NCBI GenBank assembly: GCA_037481835.1
Contig: JBBFKW010000010.1
Location: 1-64,000, forward strand
DNA from: Desulfosoma sp.
GTDB lineage: Bacteria; Desulfobacterota; Syntrophobacteria; Syntrophobacterales; DSM-9756
DNA: 64,000 bases
Reading direction: 5' to 3'
The position numbers were made by a program, and so were the translations under genes. A model generated the notes under the pieces. The model saw only the letters and a list, made by a program, of their open reading frames with translations. It was not told the origin of the DNA and did no database searches. Each line of letters begins with the position of its first letter. The stretch's first letter is position 1. Of this stretch, positions 18,825-28,761 are shown piece after piece.

Positions 18825-19394
18825 TCAATCCAAGGCCTGATGCCCCAAGAACAGCAGGAGGAAAACGGCGGCGACAACCATGGGATTCGTGTGCACCCAC
18901 CGGGCGGAAAGGAGCACGGGCTGGGGCAGCAGGCGAAATTTCATGGAAAACCCCATCAGGCCCACAAGAAAAAGAAGGAGCAGGGCCCATTCGGGAGCGT
19001 TCGTGGACCGGCACCACGAAAGCTTAAAGTGGATCAGGGCCGTCAGGATGGCCACGGAATTCAGAACGTAATGGGCGGGCATGAGATGCTTTTTAAACCA
19101 CGCGTACCATTCGGCCGCCCTTTTCTTGGACTCACCCGCCGTTTTTTTCAGAACGACGCGGCGAAGGAAGACCGTTCCCGCCACAGGGACATTCCCCACG
19201 GCAAACAGCCACGCCGCGGCCTGCCCCGTCCCTTCGTTCCCGTGGTCTTCACGGCGCCCCTTGGAAGCATGCTCCTGGAGTTCACCCAGGATCCCGTGGC
19301 CCGAACTCTTGCGGTGGTCGGCGTGGGCCGCGGAAAAAGCGCCCACCGCAATGAAGCACACCGCCAAAGCCCACATCCCGGCCCGATACCTCAT
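18825..19394 (-). CDS. Hypothetical membrane protein (signal peptide, His residues in TM helices)
   Basis: GGAGG RBS; His in successive helices (PAHY, LIHF, WVHT, LGHQ), possibly heme/metal ligands. Confidence 0.65.
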   Translation of the reverse strand: MRYRAGMWALAVCFIAVGAFSAAHADHRKSSGHGILGELQEHASKGRREDHGNEGTGQAAAWLFAVGNVPVAGTVFLRRVVLKKTAGESKKRAAEWYAWFKKHLMPAHYVLNSVAILTALIHFKLSWCRSTNAPEWALLLLFLVGLMGFSMKFRLLPQPVLLSARWVHTNPMVVAAVFLLLFLGHQALD

Positions 19395-19477
19395 CGTCGC
19401 CTCCATTTTCATAATATTTCCGGAAAATCGGTTCCCCACGGGCCCCGATCCGGGTTCCATGGGTAAAACGTGGAAAT

Positions 19478-20353
19478 CTACGCCTGGGATGGGGGAACGA
19501 AAAGAATGGGCAGGGTCACGTTTCGAGCGACGTGAAACGCCACGCTCCCCATGAGAATGCCGCCGAAAAACCCTCGTCCCTGCGTGCCCATGACCAGAAT
19601 GGAATAGTCGCCGCGCCGGGCTAGTTGCACAATTTCCTGTTTCGGGGCGCCGCTGAGCAGTTCGATGGCGACCTCCGTCGCCCCCAAGTCCCTGAGCCTT
19701 TGCTCCAGGCGCTTGAGACGCTCCCTGTCGATGCGGTTGTATTCCTCCAGCGCGCTCTGGCTTTCCCCGAGAAGGCGTCCCTTGTCCTGCACATGGCACA
19801 AACTCACCCGACGCCCTCCCCTTTTCACGATTTCTTCAACATAGCCGAAGGCGCGCTCCGCCGTATCGGAAAAATCCGTCGGATACAGGACGTGCCTTAG
19901 GGGATTGCATTGGATCTCTTCGCAAACCGTCCGCCCTTCAGCCAGAGCCATTTTGAGATGGAGCAGGAGCACCGGAAGAGTGGACGACTGGAGAACGGCG
20001 TTGGCCGTCCCTCCGAGAAAGAGTTCGGCCCACAGGCTTCGTCCTTGGGATCCCAGCACGATCAGGGAACACTGGGCATCGACGGCCTGACGAAGGATTT
20101 CGATGTGAGGCAGCCCCAGGCACATCTTCGCTTCCACGCGCAAGCCCTGGTTTTCGAGGAGCTTTGCTTGCCTTTCGATACTGTCTCGCGACAGCTCCAT
20201 GAGCTGGGGGCCGAGTGTCCCCACATCGCGAATGTTCAAGCAGTGAAGCAGCAGCGCCTCTTCCGCCCCCAACGCCTTCAATCCGCCTATGGTACAGACG
20301 ACCCTTTCCGATGCCTGACTGAGATCGGTCGCGACAAGCAGTTTCCGGAACAT
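19478..20353 (-). CDS. Universal stress protein (tandem USP domains)
   Basis: LLVATDLS...LIVLGSQGR and LYPTDFS...LVMGTQGRG...GSVA. Confidence 0.92.
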   Translation of the reverse strand: MFRKLLVATDLSQASERVVCTIGGLKALGAEEALLLHCLNIRDVGTLGPQLMELSRDSIERQAKLLENQGLRVEAKMCLGLPHIEILRQAVDAQCSLIVLGSQGRSLWAELFLGGTANAVLQSSTLPVLLLHLKMALAEGRTVCEEIQCNPLRHVLYPTDFSDTAERAFGYVEEIVKRGGRRVSLCHVQDKGRLLGESQSALEEYNRIDRERLKRLEQRLRDLGATEVAIELLSGAPKQEIVQLARRGDYSILVMGTQGRGFFGGILMGSVAFHVARNVTLPILFVPPSQA

Positions 20354-20415
20354 GGTCCCTTCCTCCTTCTTCTGCGGGTCATGATAGATCGGGTGGTGGC
20401 TTCACCATGGGGTTC

Positions 20416-20754
20416 TTAAGCCCCGGCCCGTTTCCCTGCGGCGCGCACCGCGGCCAGGTGAACCCTGTCCCGGCCGACCAGGGGATCGTCCCCGATCCCC
20501 TGGGTGATCCATTCCAGGAGCGGGCGCGGGAATTCCTCCGAAAGCCTGTAGTAGACCCACCGGCCTTCTTTTCGGGCTTTGACCAGGCGCGCCTTCTTGA
20601 GCACGTCCATGTGCCGGGAAACCGTCCCTGTGGCGAGGCCGAGCATGTCCTTGATTTCGCACACGCACAGCTCTTCGCCGTGCTCAGGGGCCATGACGGC
20701 ACGCAGGCGATTGGAGTCCGATAGGGCTTTAAGAACGGCGATGAGATCTTCCAT
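20416..20754 (-). CDS. ArsR/SmtB family regulator
   Basis: KALSDSNRLR, ELCVCEI, TVSRHM, GRWVYY. Confidence 0.9.
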   Translation of the reverse strand: MEDLIAVLKALSDSNRLRAVMAPEHGEELCVCEIKDMLGLATGTVSRHMDVLKKARLVKARKEGRWVYYRLSEEFPRPLLEWITQGIGDDPLVGRDRVHLAAVRAAGKRAGA

Positions 20755-20773
20755 CCTTCCGTGCTCCTCGTCA

Positions 20774-20795
20774 TTTAGCTAATTGTCGAAATTAG
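20774..20795 (-). promoter_or_regulatory. Putative operator for the second ArsR
   Basis: Imperfect palindrome ATTTCGACAATTAGCTAAAT just upstream of the RBS. Confidence 0.5.
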
Positions 20796-21043
20796 AGCAC
20801 GACCCTGACGCCTCGTCAACGGCAAAATCCCCGTGGGGCTCGGGACCGCGGGAGATGGCCCACACGGGACACGAGGCTCGCTGACACCTGCGGACGTGGA
20901 GGCATCGAGCTCTCAACACGCCGGAGCAGCCAGCCTCGAGGGTTCCAAGGGTGGGGCGAGGCCCGTCGGTGGGGGAGGCTGATCCCGCGAGGAGAGCCTT
21001 TGGAGGTGAGGAGCCGTGGGGGGGCGGCGCGGGGGCTCGGCGG

Positions 21044-21613
21044 TCACAAAGTCTCGGACGGCTCGCTCGGACGGCGGAAGAAGGTGACAGCGACGGTCCC
21101 GTATCGACGCCGATCCGCAATGTGCCAAGGCGGGCAAGGCTCAGGGACCGCGTCGTGTTCGTGGTGTTCGGCGATGACCAGGGCGCCCGCTGCGGCGACG
21201 GGTTCAAGGAGAGCAAGGGTCTTGCCCACCCATCCCTTGCCGTAGGGAGGATCCATGAAGATGAGGTCGAAGAGGCGGTTTTGGGAGGCGAGCCGGGAGA
21301 CGGCGGCGGTTACGCTCAGGGCCAGGATCTCCCCTTCCGGGGGCCGGATCCCGCAGCGCTCCAGGTTGGTTCGAAGGACGGCCACCGAAGGCCGGTGAAA
21401 GTCCACGAACACGGCGCAGACCGCTCCCCGACTGAGGGCTTCCAGGCCCAGAGCCCCCGTTCCGGCGAACAGGTCCAGGACGCGGCTCCCCACGACCCTT
21501 TCCCCGAGGATGCTGAAGACGGCTTCGCGCACCCGGTCCGCCGTCGGGCGGACGGCTCCCGACTTGGGCGCGGCCAATGTCCTTCCGCGAAAGCGTCCGG
21601 CGATGATACGCAC
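21044..21613 (-). CDS. rsmD: 16S rRNA (guanine(966)-N2)-methyltransferase
   Basis: MRIIAGRFRGR, RPTADRVREA, DLFAGTGALG, DPPY. Confidence 0.95.
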   Translation of the reverse strand: MRIIAGRFRGRTLAAPKSGAVRPTADRVREAVFSILGERVVGSRVLDLFAGTGALGLEALSRGAVCAVFVDFHRPSVAVLRTNLERCGIRPPEGEILALSVTAAVSRLASQNRLFDLIFMDPPYGKGWVGKTLALLEPVAAAGALVIAEHHEHDAVPEPCPPWHIADRRRYGTVAVTFFRRPSEPSETL

Positions 21614-22645
21614 TTAGAATCCGGGCACGCGCAGCAGGCCTTCCCGCGCCAGGATCTCCGCGATCTGGACGGCGTTGGTGGCGGCGCCTTTTCGGATGTT
21701 GTCGGCCACGATCCATAAAACCAGCCCGTTTTCCACGGAAATGTCCTTTCGGATACGGCCGACAAAGGTTTCGTCCCGGCCCGCCGCATCCAGCGGCATG
21801 GGGTAGCGGCTCAGAGCCGGCTCGTCCACCACCGTCACCCCTTCGGCCTTCCGGAGCAGCTCCCGGGCGTCCTCCACGCTCAAAGGCCGATGCGTTTCCA
21901 CAGCCACGGATTCGCTGTGGCCGTAATAGACCGGCACGCGCACCGTGGTGGCGCACACTTGGATGGTCGGGTCTTCGAAAATCTTACGGGTCTCGTTGAC
22001 CATCTTCATTTCTTCTTCGGTGTAGCCCGTATCGAGAAATGCGCCGATATGGGGCAGGCAATTGAAGGCGATCTGGTGGGGATAGACGGCTCTGGGGACG
22101 GGCTGCGACTGGACGATGGCCTGCACCTGCGCTTCAAGTTCGAAGACGGCTTTCTGGCCGGTGCCGGAGACGGCCTGGAACGTCGTGACCACGATCCGTT
22201 TAATTTTCGCCGCATCCTGAATGGGTTTCAGGGCGACCACCATCTGGATGGTGGAGCAATTGGGGTTGGCGATGATCCCCTTGTGTTCGCGCACGGCATG
22301 GGGGTTGACTTCCGGAACGACAAGGGGAATGTCGGGATCCATCCGAAAGGCGCTGGAATTGTCCACCACCACGCACCCCGCTTGAGCGGCAAGGGGCGCG
22401 AAACGGCGGCTCACCGCAGCCCCCGCTGAAAACAGGGCGAGCTGCACCCCTTCGAAGGACCGCTCGGTGAGCTCTTCCACCGTGATGACCTTGCCGCGAA
22501 ACGCCACCTTTTTCCCCACGGACCTGGCGGACGCCAAAGCCTTGAGGGAGGACACGGGAAAATTCCGTTCCTCCAACACCTTGATCATCATGGTTCCCAC
22601 GGCGCCCGTGGCGCCCACCACTGCAACTCGATACCCCTCGCTCAT
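21614..22645 (-). CDS. asd: Aspartate-semialdehyde dehydrogenase
   Basis: VGATGAVG, IIANPNCSTIQ, DNIRKGAATNAVQIAE. Confidence 0.97.
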   Translation of the reverse strand: MSEGYRVAVVGATGAVGTMMIKVLEERNFPVSSLKALASARSVGKKVAFRGKVITVEELTERSFEGVQLALFSAGAAVSRRFAPLAAQAGCVVVDNSSAFRMDPDIPLVVPEVNPHAVREHKGIIANPNCSTIQMVVALKPIQDAAKIKRIVVTTFQAVSGTGQKAVFELEAQVQAIVQSQPVPRAVYPHQIAFNCLPHIGAFLDTGYTEEEMKMVNETRKIFEDPTIQVCATTVRVPVYYGHSESVAVETHRPLSVEDARELLRKAEGVTVVDEPALSRYPMPLDAAGRDETFVGRIRKDISVENGLVLWIVADNIRKGAATNAVQIAEILAREGLLRVPGF

Positions 22646-22652
22646 GTTCTCT

Positions 22653-23198
22653 TCAGCTCCTCGATTCCAACCCATGTCGTTTTTTCACGTAGGCCATCAG
22701 CCCCCCGGAGCGCAGCAGCTCGATCATGAAAGGCGGCACGGGGGCCGCTCGATAGGATTTTCCGCGGGTGACGTTGGTGATTTGCCCTGTTTCCAGGCAC
22801 ACGGAAAAAGTGTCCCCTTCCTGCGCGTCCCGGACCGCTTCCGAGCACTCCAGGATGGGAAGTCCCATGTTGAAGGCATTTCGGTAGAAGATCCGAGCGA
22901 AATTCACGGCGATGACGCAGGCAACGCCGGCCGCCTTGATGGCGATGGGAGCGTGTTCCCGGGATGAGCCACAGCCGAAGTTCTTGCCCGCCAAGAGAAT
23001 ATCTCCGGCCCGGACCTTGGCTGGAAACTCGGGGTCCGCATCTTCCATGCAATGGCGGGCCAGTTCCTCGGGATCGGAAGTGTTCAGGTACCGCGCCGGA
23101 ATGATGGCGTCGGTGTCCACATCATCGCCGAAAATCCAGACGCGCCCGGTCAAAGTTGTCGCGCCGCCGCATGCCCTTGAGGCCGAAGATCCCGTCAT
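22653..23198 (-). CDS. leuD: 3-isopropylmalate dehydratase small subunit
   Basis: DVDTDAIIPARYL, NFGCGSSREHAP. Confidence 0.93.
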   Translation of the reverse strand: MTGSSASRACGGATTLTGRVWIFGDDVDTDAIIPARYLNTSDPEELARHCMEDADPEFPAKVRAGDILLAGKNFGCGSSREHAPIAIKAAGVACVIAVNFARIFYRNAFNMGLPILECSEAVRDAQEGDTFSVCLETGQITNVTRGKSYRAAPVPPFMIELLRSGGLMAYVKKRHGLESRS

Positions 23199-23203
23199 TC
23201 TCC

Positions 23204-23243
23204 CCCCTCACCCTGCCCTCTCCCCCCAAAGGGGGGAGAGGGG
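23204..23243 (+). repeat. CCCTCACCC-type palindromic repeat
   Basis: CCCCTCACCCTGCCCTCTCCCCCCAAAGGGGGGAGAGGG directly upstream of the leuD ATG. Confidence 0.85.
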
Positions 23244-23322
23244 AATAAGCCCAAAATGGGCCTCCCGTTCTCGCCAAGGGAGATTTTCCTTTCTCCTTCC
23301 GTGAACGGGCTGTTGGCATTTC

Positions 23323-23610
23323 CTCGAAACCGGGTTCTCGTCCCTGCCCTGCCTTCAAAGCGACGCCCGCCCGAAACCCGGTTTTTGCTCTTTTCCCTAA
23401 AGTGATGTCCGCTCGAAACCGGGTTGTTGTCGTTGCCTTCAAGGCGGCGCCCGTTCGAAGCTTCCTCTAAAGCGATGCCCGCGGACGGGGATAAACTCCG
23501 CCCCCCACAATGTGTCATCCCATCCGCAGGAGTCCCATCGGTGCGAATTCCATCCGTAAGAGTTTTATACGGAGGAGTTCCATCCCTAAGAGTCCCGTCC
23601 GGGGGAGCGG
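23323..23610. repeat. Degenerate tandem repeats between leuC and leuD
   Basis: ~42-47-bp units (AAAGCGRYGCCCGC-YCGAAACCSGGTT) at 23323-23485 and ~15/30-bp period units (CCATCC.YARGAGT) at 23518-23600. Confidence 0.6.
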
Positions 23611-23693
23611 GGTTGCCTGCGAGGGTCGCCGGCCGGGATACGCCCGGTTCCACCGTCAAAGACGGCCTGTGCAGGCTCTCGCGGCTCGGTCCC

Positions 23694-24956
23694 CTACCGG
23701 ACTTCGTCCGGGTGGGCGATGCGTCCCAAAACGGCCGATGCGGCCGCCACGGCCGGCGAACTCAGATAGACCTCGCTGTCCGGATGGCCCATACGGCCCA
23801 CAAAGTTTCGGTTCGTGGTGGCCACGGCCCTTTCCCCGGCGGCCAAAATGCCCATGTGACCGCCCAGGCACGGCCCGCACGTGGGAGTGCTCACCGCCGC
23901 TTCCGCATCGAGGAAGATCTGCAAGAGCCCCTCGTCCAGGGCTTGCCGATAGATCCTTTGGGTCGCCGGAATGACGAGGCAGCGCACGGACGAGTGGACC
24001 TTTCGGCCCTTGAGCACCGCCGCGGCTTCCCTGAGGTCTTCCAGCCGCCCGTTGGTGCAGCTGCCGATGACCACTTGGTCGATGGGGATGGCGGGAAGCT
24101 CCGTCACCGGTTTCACGTTTTCCGGAAGATGGGGCAGGGCCACCATGGGGTCCATGGCGGACACGTCCCATTCATGGATGACCTCGTAGCCGGCGTCCGC
24201 ATCGGAAGCGAAAAACCTGTAGGGCCTTTGGGCTCGACCCTGCACGTATTGTTTCGTGATTTCGTCGGGAGCGATGAGCCCCACCTTGGCGCCCGCTTCA
24301 ATGGCCATGTTGGCCATGGTCATGCGGTGGCTCATGGGCAGCTTTTCAATCACCGGGCCCGCGAATTCCATGGCCATGTACCGGGCGCCGTCCACGCCGA
24401 TCTGCCCGATGGTGTAAAGGATGAGATCCTTGCCGCCCACCCAGGGTTTCAGGCGCCCGTGGTAGACGAACTTCATGCTCGCCGGGACTTTGAACCACGT
24501 GGTGCCCGTGATCATGGCCGCTGCCAGATCGGTGCTCCCCACCCCGGTGGCGAAGGCCCCCAGAGCGCCGTAGGTGCACGTGTGACTGTCGGCTCCAATG
24601 ACCACATCGCCCGGCAGCACGAGGCCCAGTTCGGGAAGGAGGGCGTGTTCCACGCCCATGCGGCCCACTTCAAAGTAGTGCGGGATGCCGAATTCCCGCG
24701 CGAAGTCCCGGAGCATCTTCACCTGCATGGCGGAGGCGATGTCCTTGTTGGGCGTGAAGTGATCGGGGATCAGGGCCACTCTCTGAGGATCGAACACCTT
24801 TCGGGCGCCGGTTTCGCGGAAGGCCTTGATGGCGATGGGCGCCGTGATGTCGTTTCCGAAGCAAAAATCGACGCGCACCTCCAGCAGTTCGCCGGGTCGG
24901 ACCTCTGGGCGGTCCGTGTGCGCGGCGAGAATCTTTTCCGCAAGAGTCATGGGCAT
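23694..24956 (-). CDS. leuC: 3-isopropylmalate dehydratase large subunit
   Basis: GADSHTCTYG, IGSCTNGR, CGPCLGGH, TTNRNFVGRMG. Confidence 0.95.
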   Translation of the reverse strand: MPMTLAEKILAAHTDRPEVRPGELLEVRVDFCFGNDITAPIAIKAFRETGARKVFDPQRVALIPDHFTPNKDIASAMQVKMLRDFAREFGIPHYFEVGRMGVEHALLPELGLVLPGDVVIGADSHTCTYGALGAFATGVGSTDLAAAMITGTTWFKVPASMKFVYHGRLKPWVGGKDLILYTIGQIGVDGARYMAMEFAGPVIEKLPMSHRMTMANMAIEAGAKVGLIAPDEITKQYVQGRAQRPYRFFASDADAGYEVIHEWDVSAMDPMVALPHLPENVKPVTELPAIPIDQVVIGSCTNGRLEDLREAAAVLKGRKVHSSVRCLVIPATQRIYRQALDEGLLQIFLDAEAAVSTPTCGPCLGGHMGILAAGERAVATTNRNFVGRMGHPDSEVYLSSPAVAAASAVLGRIAHPDEVR

Positions 24957-24979
24957 GGAACGTTCCTTCCACTCGAGGT

Positions 24980-25816
24980 TCAGCCAGCCGAGGATCCGTT
25001 TTCCCGGGGGATTTCGTGAATGTTCTTTCCGTTTTCCGGCGTCTTGGGCCGCCTGACGGCCCGCACCACGTAGCGCACCGGCCCGGAAAGGACGTAAAGG
25101 GCGAAGATGATGAAGAGCATCACCGACGGCTTGGCCGCCACGACGGTGACCAGAAGCACCAGCACAAAGAGGACGGGAAGGGGCCGTCCCTTTACCACTT
25201 CCAGCTCTTTAAAGCTGTCAAAGGGAATGCTGCTCACCATGAGGAAACCCAAGACGTACGTCATGAGCAGGAAGACCACATGGACAGGGCTGAAATCGGG
25301 TCCTTTGATCTTCAAGAGAAACAGTACGGTGGTGGCCACCATGCAGGCTGCCCCGGGGATGGGCAATCCCGTGAAATACTTCTTGCTCCCCGTGCCCGTC
25401 TGCACGTTGAAACGGGCGAGCCTGAGGGCGCCGCAGGCGACGAACAGGAAGGCCGCAAGCCAGCCCAGCCGCCCGAAGGGCTTGAGGGCCCATAGGTACA
25501 TGAGCAGTCCCGGGCCGACGCCGAAAGCGACCAGATCCGCCAGGGAATCGTATTCCACGCCGAACCGGCTCGTGGCCTTGGTGAGGCGGGCCACTTTGCC
25601 GTCCAGAATGTCGAACATGCAAGAGAAGAGCACGGCGATGGCGGCCTTGTCGTAATGGCCGTTGATGCTGCTCACGATGCCGTAAAAGCCGCTGAACAAA
25701 TTGGCCGTGGTGAAAAGATTGGGGATCACGTAGGTCACCGGTCCGGTTTGGCCGTCCTCGGACCACCGTTTCTTTTTCCGCCTCTTGGAATAAAACCGGT
25801 TTACGGGATTCGACAT
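24980..25816 (-). CDS. pssA: CDP-diacylglycerol--serine O-phosphatidyltransferase
   Basis: IPNLFT, DILDGKVAR...FGVEYDSLADLVAFG, LRLARFN, FTGLPIP. Confidence 0.95.
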   Translation of the reverse strand: MSNPVNRFYSKRRKKKRWSEDGQTGPVTYVIPNLFTTANLFSGFYGIVSSINGHYDKAAIAVLFSCMFDILDGKVARLTKATSRFGVEYDSLADLVAFGVGPGLLMYLWALKPFGRLGWLAAFLFVACGALRLARFNVQTGTGSKKYFTGLPIPGAACMVATTVLFLLKIKGPDFSPVHVVFLLMTYVLGFLMVSSIPFDSFKELEVVKGRPLPVLFVLVLLVTVVAAKPSVMLFIIFALYVLSGPVRYVVRAVRRPKTPENGKNIHEIPRENGSSAG

Positions 25817-26493
25817 AGGATCGTCTCCCCGGCAAAGACCTTCTGCCCCTTGCGGACCAGCACTTCGCCTGTTGAAGGAATATAGACGTCGAGGCGGGAA
25901 CCGAATCGGATCATGCCGAAACGTTCCCCCCGCCGGAGGACATCCCCGACGGTGGGCCAAAAGACGATGCGGCGGGCGATGAGGCCCGCCACTTGGGTGA
26001 TCACAACGGAGGCCCCGGATTCCGTCTCAAGGCGGATCCAATTCTGTTCGTTTTCCAGGCTCGCCTTGTCCTTATCCGCCGCGAGGAATCTTCCCTTTTG
26101 ATAATACACATCCGAGATCCGCCCGTCCACAGGCGCCCGGTTCACGTGGACGTCGAAGACGTTCATGAAGATGCTGATCTTCCAGCACGGTTGCTGCGTG
26201 AACCGGGGTTCCAGCGTCCTTTCCACCACGATGATCCGGCCGTCGGCGGGAGAAACCACATCGCCGGGCCGGGCGTTGGACCATCGGACGGGATCTCGAA
26301 AGAAATGGACCATGAGGACGGTGGCGGCAGCCAGGGCGAGCGTGGGCACGGGCCAGCCGAGCAGGGCCGTCGTCACCGTGAGGAACACTCCCGTCAGCAC
26401 ATAAGGGAGCCCTTCCGAAATGAAGGGCACGTGGTTCCGAAGCCGCCGGAAATCGGGCGGCCTGGAAGCATCAGCATCAGGCATCACCTGCAC
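25801..26493 (-). CDS. psd: Phosphatidylserine decarboxylase proenzyme
   Basis: FFRDP, SPADG, IFMNVFDVHVNRAP, RFGSRLD cleavage motif. Confidence 0.95.
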   Translation of the reverse strand: MQVMPDADASRPPDFRRLRNHVPFISEGLPYVLTGVFLTVTTALLGWPVPTLALAAATVLMVHFFRDPVRWSNARPGDVVSPADGRIIVVERTLEPRFTQQPCWKISIFMNVFDVHVNRAPVDGRISDVYYQKGRFLAADKDKASLENEQNWIRLETESGASVVITQVAGLIARRIVFWPTVGDVLRRGERFGMIRFGSRLDVYIPSTGEVLVRKGQKVFAGETILCRIP

Positions 26494-26505
26494 ATCCCCC
26501 TTTTA

Positions 26506-27185
26506 CCCCCCTCACCCTGCCCTCTCCCCCCACAGGGGGGAGAGGGGAATCAAAGCCTCGACCCCACAGAGGGGAGAGGGGAATCAAACCATCTAGCCCC
26601 GGAGAAACCAGGCAGCAAACCCCTGGACCGCCGGGGGAAGCAGGGGCATCGAACCAACTACCCCAAGGGGAAACGGTCAACAAACCCCTGCTGGAGGCAG
26701 GGGCATCAAAGAAACTACCCCCAGGGGAGACAATGAACACCCCCCCAAGACGACAGCCCGTAGGTTGGGGTGAGCGAAGCGAACCCCAACCTACAGCGTG
26801 CCGCCCCCCCATACCCGTAGGTTGGGGTGAGCGAAGCGAACCCCAACGCCCCCCTCACCCTGCCCTCTCCCCCCACAGGGGGGAGAGGGGAACGAAATCC
26901 TCGATCCACAGGGGGGAGAGGGGAACCAAATCCTCGATCCCCAGGGGGAGATGGGAATCGAGTCCTCCACCCACAGGGGGGAGAGAAGAATCAAACCATC
27001 TAGCCCCTGACGAACCAGGCAGCAACCCCCTGGATCGCCGGAAGAGGCAGGGGCATCAAAGCGACCAGTCCCCAGCGAAGGCGGGCAGCAACCCCCGCCC
27101 CCGGGGGACATGGGCACCCCCTTTTTCGAGGCCCCTTGCCGTTGTCTTATATGCCCGCCCCCGGGGGACATGGGCACCCCCCCCG
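26506..27185. repeat. Composite repeat patch mixing both palindrome families and local tandem units
   Basis: CCCTCACCC palindromes 26508-26547, 26851-26890; GTAG REPs 26760-26794, 26817-26847; duplicated GAATCAAACCATCTAGCCCC..CCAGGCAGCAA block (26581, 26988); CCCGCCCCCGGGGGACATGGGCACCCC x2 (27094, 27154). Confidence 0.9.
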
Positions 27186-27230
27186 AACCCACACAGCCCC
27201 GTCACGGCCGGGACTCCGGGCCCGTCTTTT

Positions 27231-28232
27231 CTACGCAAATTCCTTGGCATCCAAAAACGGCATCATAGCGCGAAGGCGCTTGCCCACTTGTTCCACCAAA
27301 TGGGCCCGCTCCCGCTGCCGAATCGCTCGAAACATGGGGGTTCCCGCCTGGTTTTCCAAGATCCATTCGCGGGCGAAAGCCCCCGTTTGGATTTCCTGGA
27401 GAATTCTTTTCATCTCCCGGCGGGTTTCTTCCGTGATGATGCGTTTTCCGCGCGTGTAGTCGCCGTATTCGGCGGTATCGCTGATGGAATAGCGCATGTA
27501 GGAAAGCCCGCCTTGGTAAATGAGGTCCACGATGAGCTTGAGTTCGTGCATGCATTCAAAGAAGGCGATTTCCGGCTGATAGCCCGCCTCCACCAGGGTT
27601 TCAAAACCCGCCTTGATGAGTTCGGACACCCCGCCGCACAGGACGGCCTGTTCCCCGAAGAGGTCCGTTTCCGTCTCTTCCTGGAACGTGGTCTCCATGA
27701 CCCCGGCCCGCGTGGCGCCGATCCCTCGGGCGTAGGCGAGGGCCGTTTGGAGGGCTTGGCCGCTGGCGTCTTGGTGGACGGCCACCAAGGCCGGCACGCC
27801 GGCTCCCCGCACGTATTCGCTGCGCACCAGATGGCCCGGCCCCTTGGGCGCGACCATGACCACGTCCACGTCCTTGGGCGGCACAATTTGGCCGAAATGA
27901 ATGTTGAACCCATGGGAGAAAAGAAGCGTCTTGCCTCGGGTCATGAACGGCGCCACGTCCTCCCGATACAGCCGGGCCTGGATGTGGTCAGGGACCAGCA
28001 TCTGGACGACATCGGCTTTTTCCGCCGCTTCGCGGGCACTCACCGGCTGGAAGCCGTCCTCCACCGCCTTGTCGTAGTTTGGAGAGCCGGGCCTCTGGCC
28101 GACGATGACCTGGATGCCGCTATCGCGAAGATTTTGGGCCTGGGCGTGCCCCTGGCTGCCGTAGCCGATGACGGCCACCGTCTTTCCCTGAAGAAATTTT
28201 GCATCGGCATCCGCTTCGTAAAAAATCCGCAT
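27231..28232 (-). CDS. ilvC: Ketol-acid reductoisomerase
   Basis: [39 protein letters not shown]. Confidence 0.97.
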   Translation of the reverse strand: MRIFYEADADAKFLQGKTVAVIGYGSQGHAQAQNLRDSGIQVIVGQRPGSPNYDKAVEDGFQPVSAREAAEKADVVQMLVPDHIQARLYREDVAPFMTRGKTLLFSHGFNIHFGQIVPPKDVDVVMVAPKGPGHLVRSEYVRGAGVPALVAVHQDASGQALQTALAYARGIGATRAGVMETTFQEETETDLFGEQAVLCGGVSELIKAGFETLVEAGYQPEIAFFECMHELKLIVDLIYQGGLSYMRYSISDTAEYGDYTRGKRIITEETRREMKRILQEIQTGAFAREWILENQAGTPMFRAIRQRERAHLVEQVGKRLRAMMPFLDAKEFA

Positions 28233-28254
28233 GGATTCTCCTCCTCATGAGAGA

Positions 28255-28761
28255 TCAGTGTTTCTTGGCACGCGCCAGCGCCGCCTTGCCCGTGCGGGCC
28301 ACTTCCACAATGCCGATCTGGCCCAAGAGTTCCAGGATCGCCTGGATCTTTCCGTCGTCTCCGGTCACCTCGATGGTGTAGAAATGCGGGCTTACATCCA
28401 CCACCTTGGCCCGGAAGATGTCGACGATCCGAAGGACTTCGGCTCGGGTCTGCTGTTCGGCCCGCACCTTGATCAAGGCCATTTCCCGCTCCACGAATTC
28501 CGTGTCGCGAAAGTCAAAGACCTTGATGACATTGATGAGTTTATTGAGCTGTTTGACGATCTGTTCCAGGATGTGCTGGTCTCCCGTGGTGACCAGGGTG
28601 ATGCGCGACAGACCGGGCTCGTTGGTTTCGGCCACCGTGAGGGATTCGATGTTGAACCCCCGGCCGCTGAAAAGCCCCGCCACGCGGGACAGCACCCCCG
28701 GCTGGTTTTCCACCAGCACGCCGATGGTATGTTTCGATCCGTTTGGTCTTGTCATGCTCAT
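28255..28761 (-). CDS. ilvN: Acetolactate synthase small subunit
   Basis: [28 protein letters not shown] domain; ATGA overlap with ilvB. Confidence 0.96.
   Translation of the reverse strand: MSMTRPNGSKHTIGVLVENQPGVLSRVAGLFSGRGFNIESLTVAETNEPGLSRITLVTTGDQHILEQIVKQLNKLINVIKVFDFRDTEFVEREMALIKVRAEQQTRAEVLRIVDIFRAKVVDVSPHFYTIEVTGDDGKIQAILELLGQIGIVEVARTGKAALARAKKH

Noticed and set aside
20800..21040. Possible ncRNA (6S/SRP/tRNA) between rsmD and arsR
   Set aside because: GC-rich but no recognisable conserved motif or cloverleaf.
23323..23485. Possible mini-CRISPR between leuC and leuD
   Set aside because: Repeats are degenerate and linkers only ~0-14 bp, too short for spacers.
23195..23659. 154-aa ORF between leuC and leuD as a real gene
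   Set aside because: Sequence is a translation of DNA repeats, with no RBS or domain evidence.
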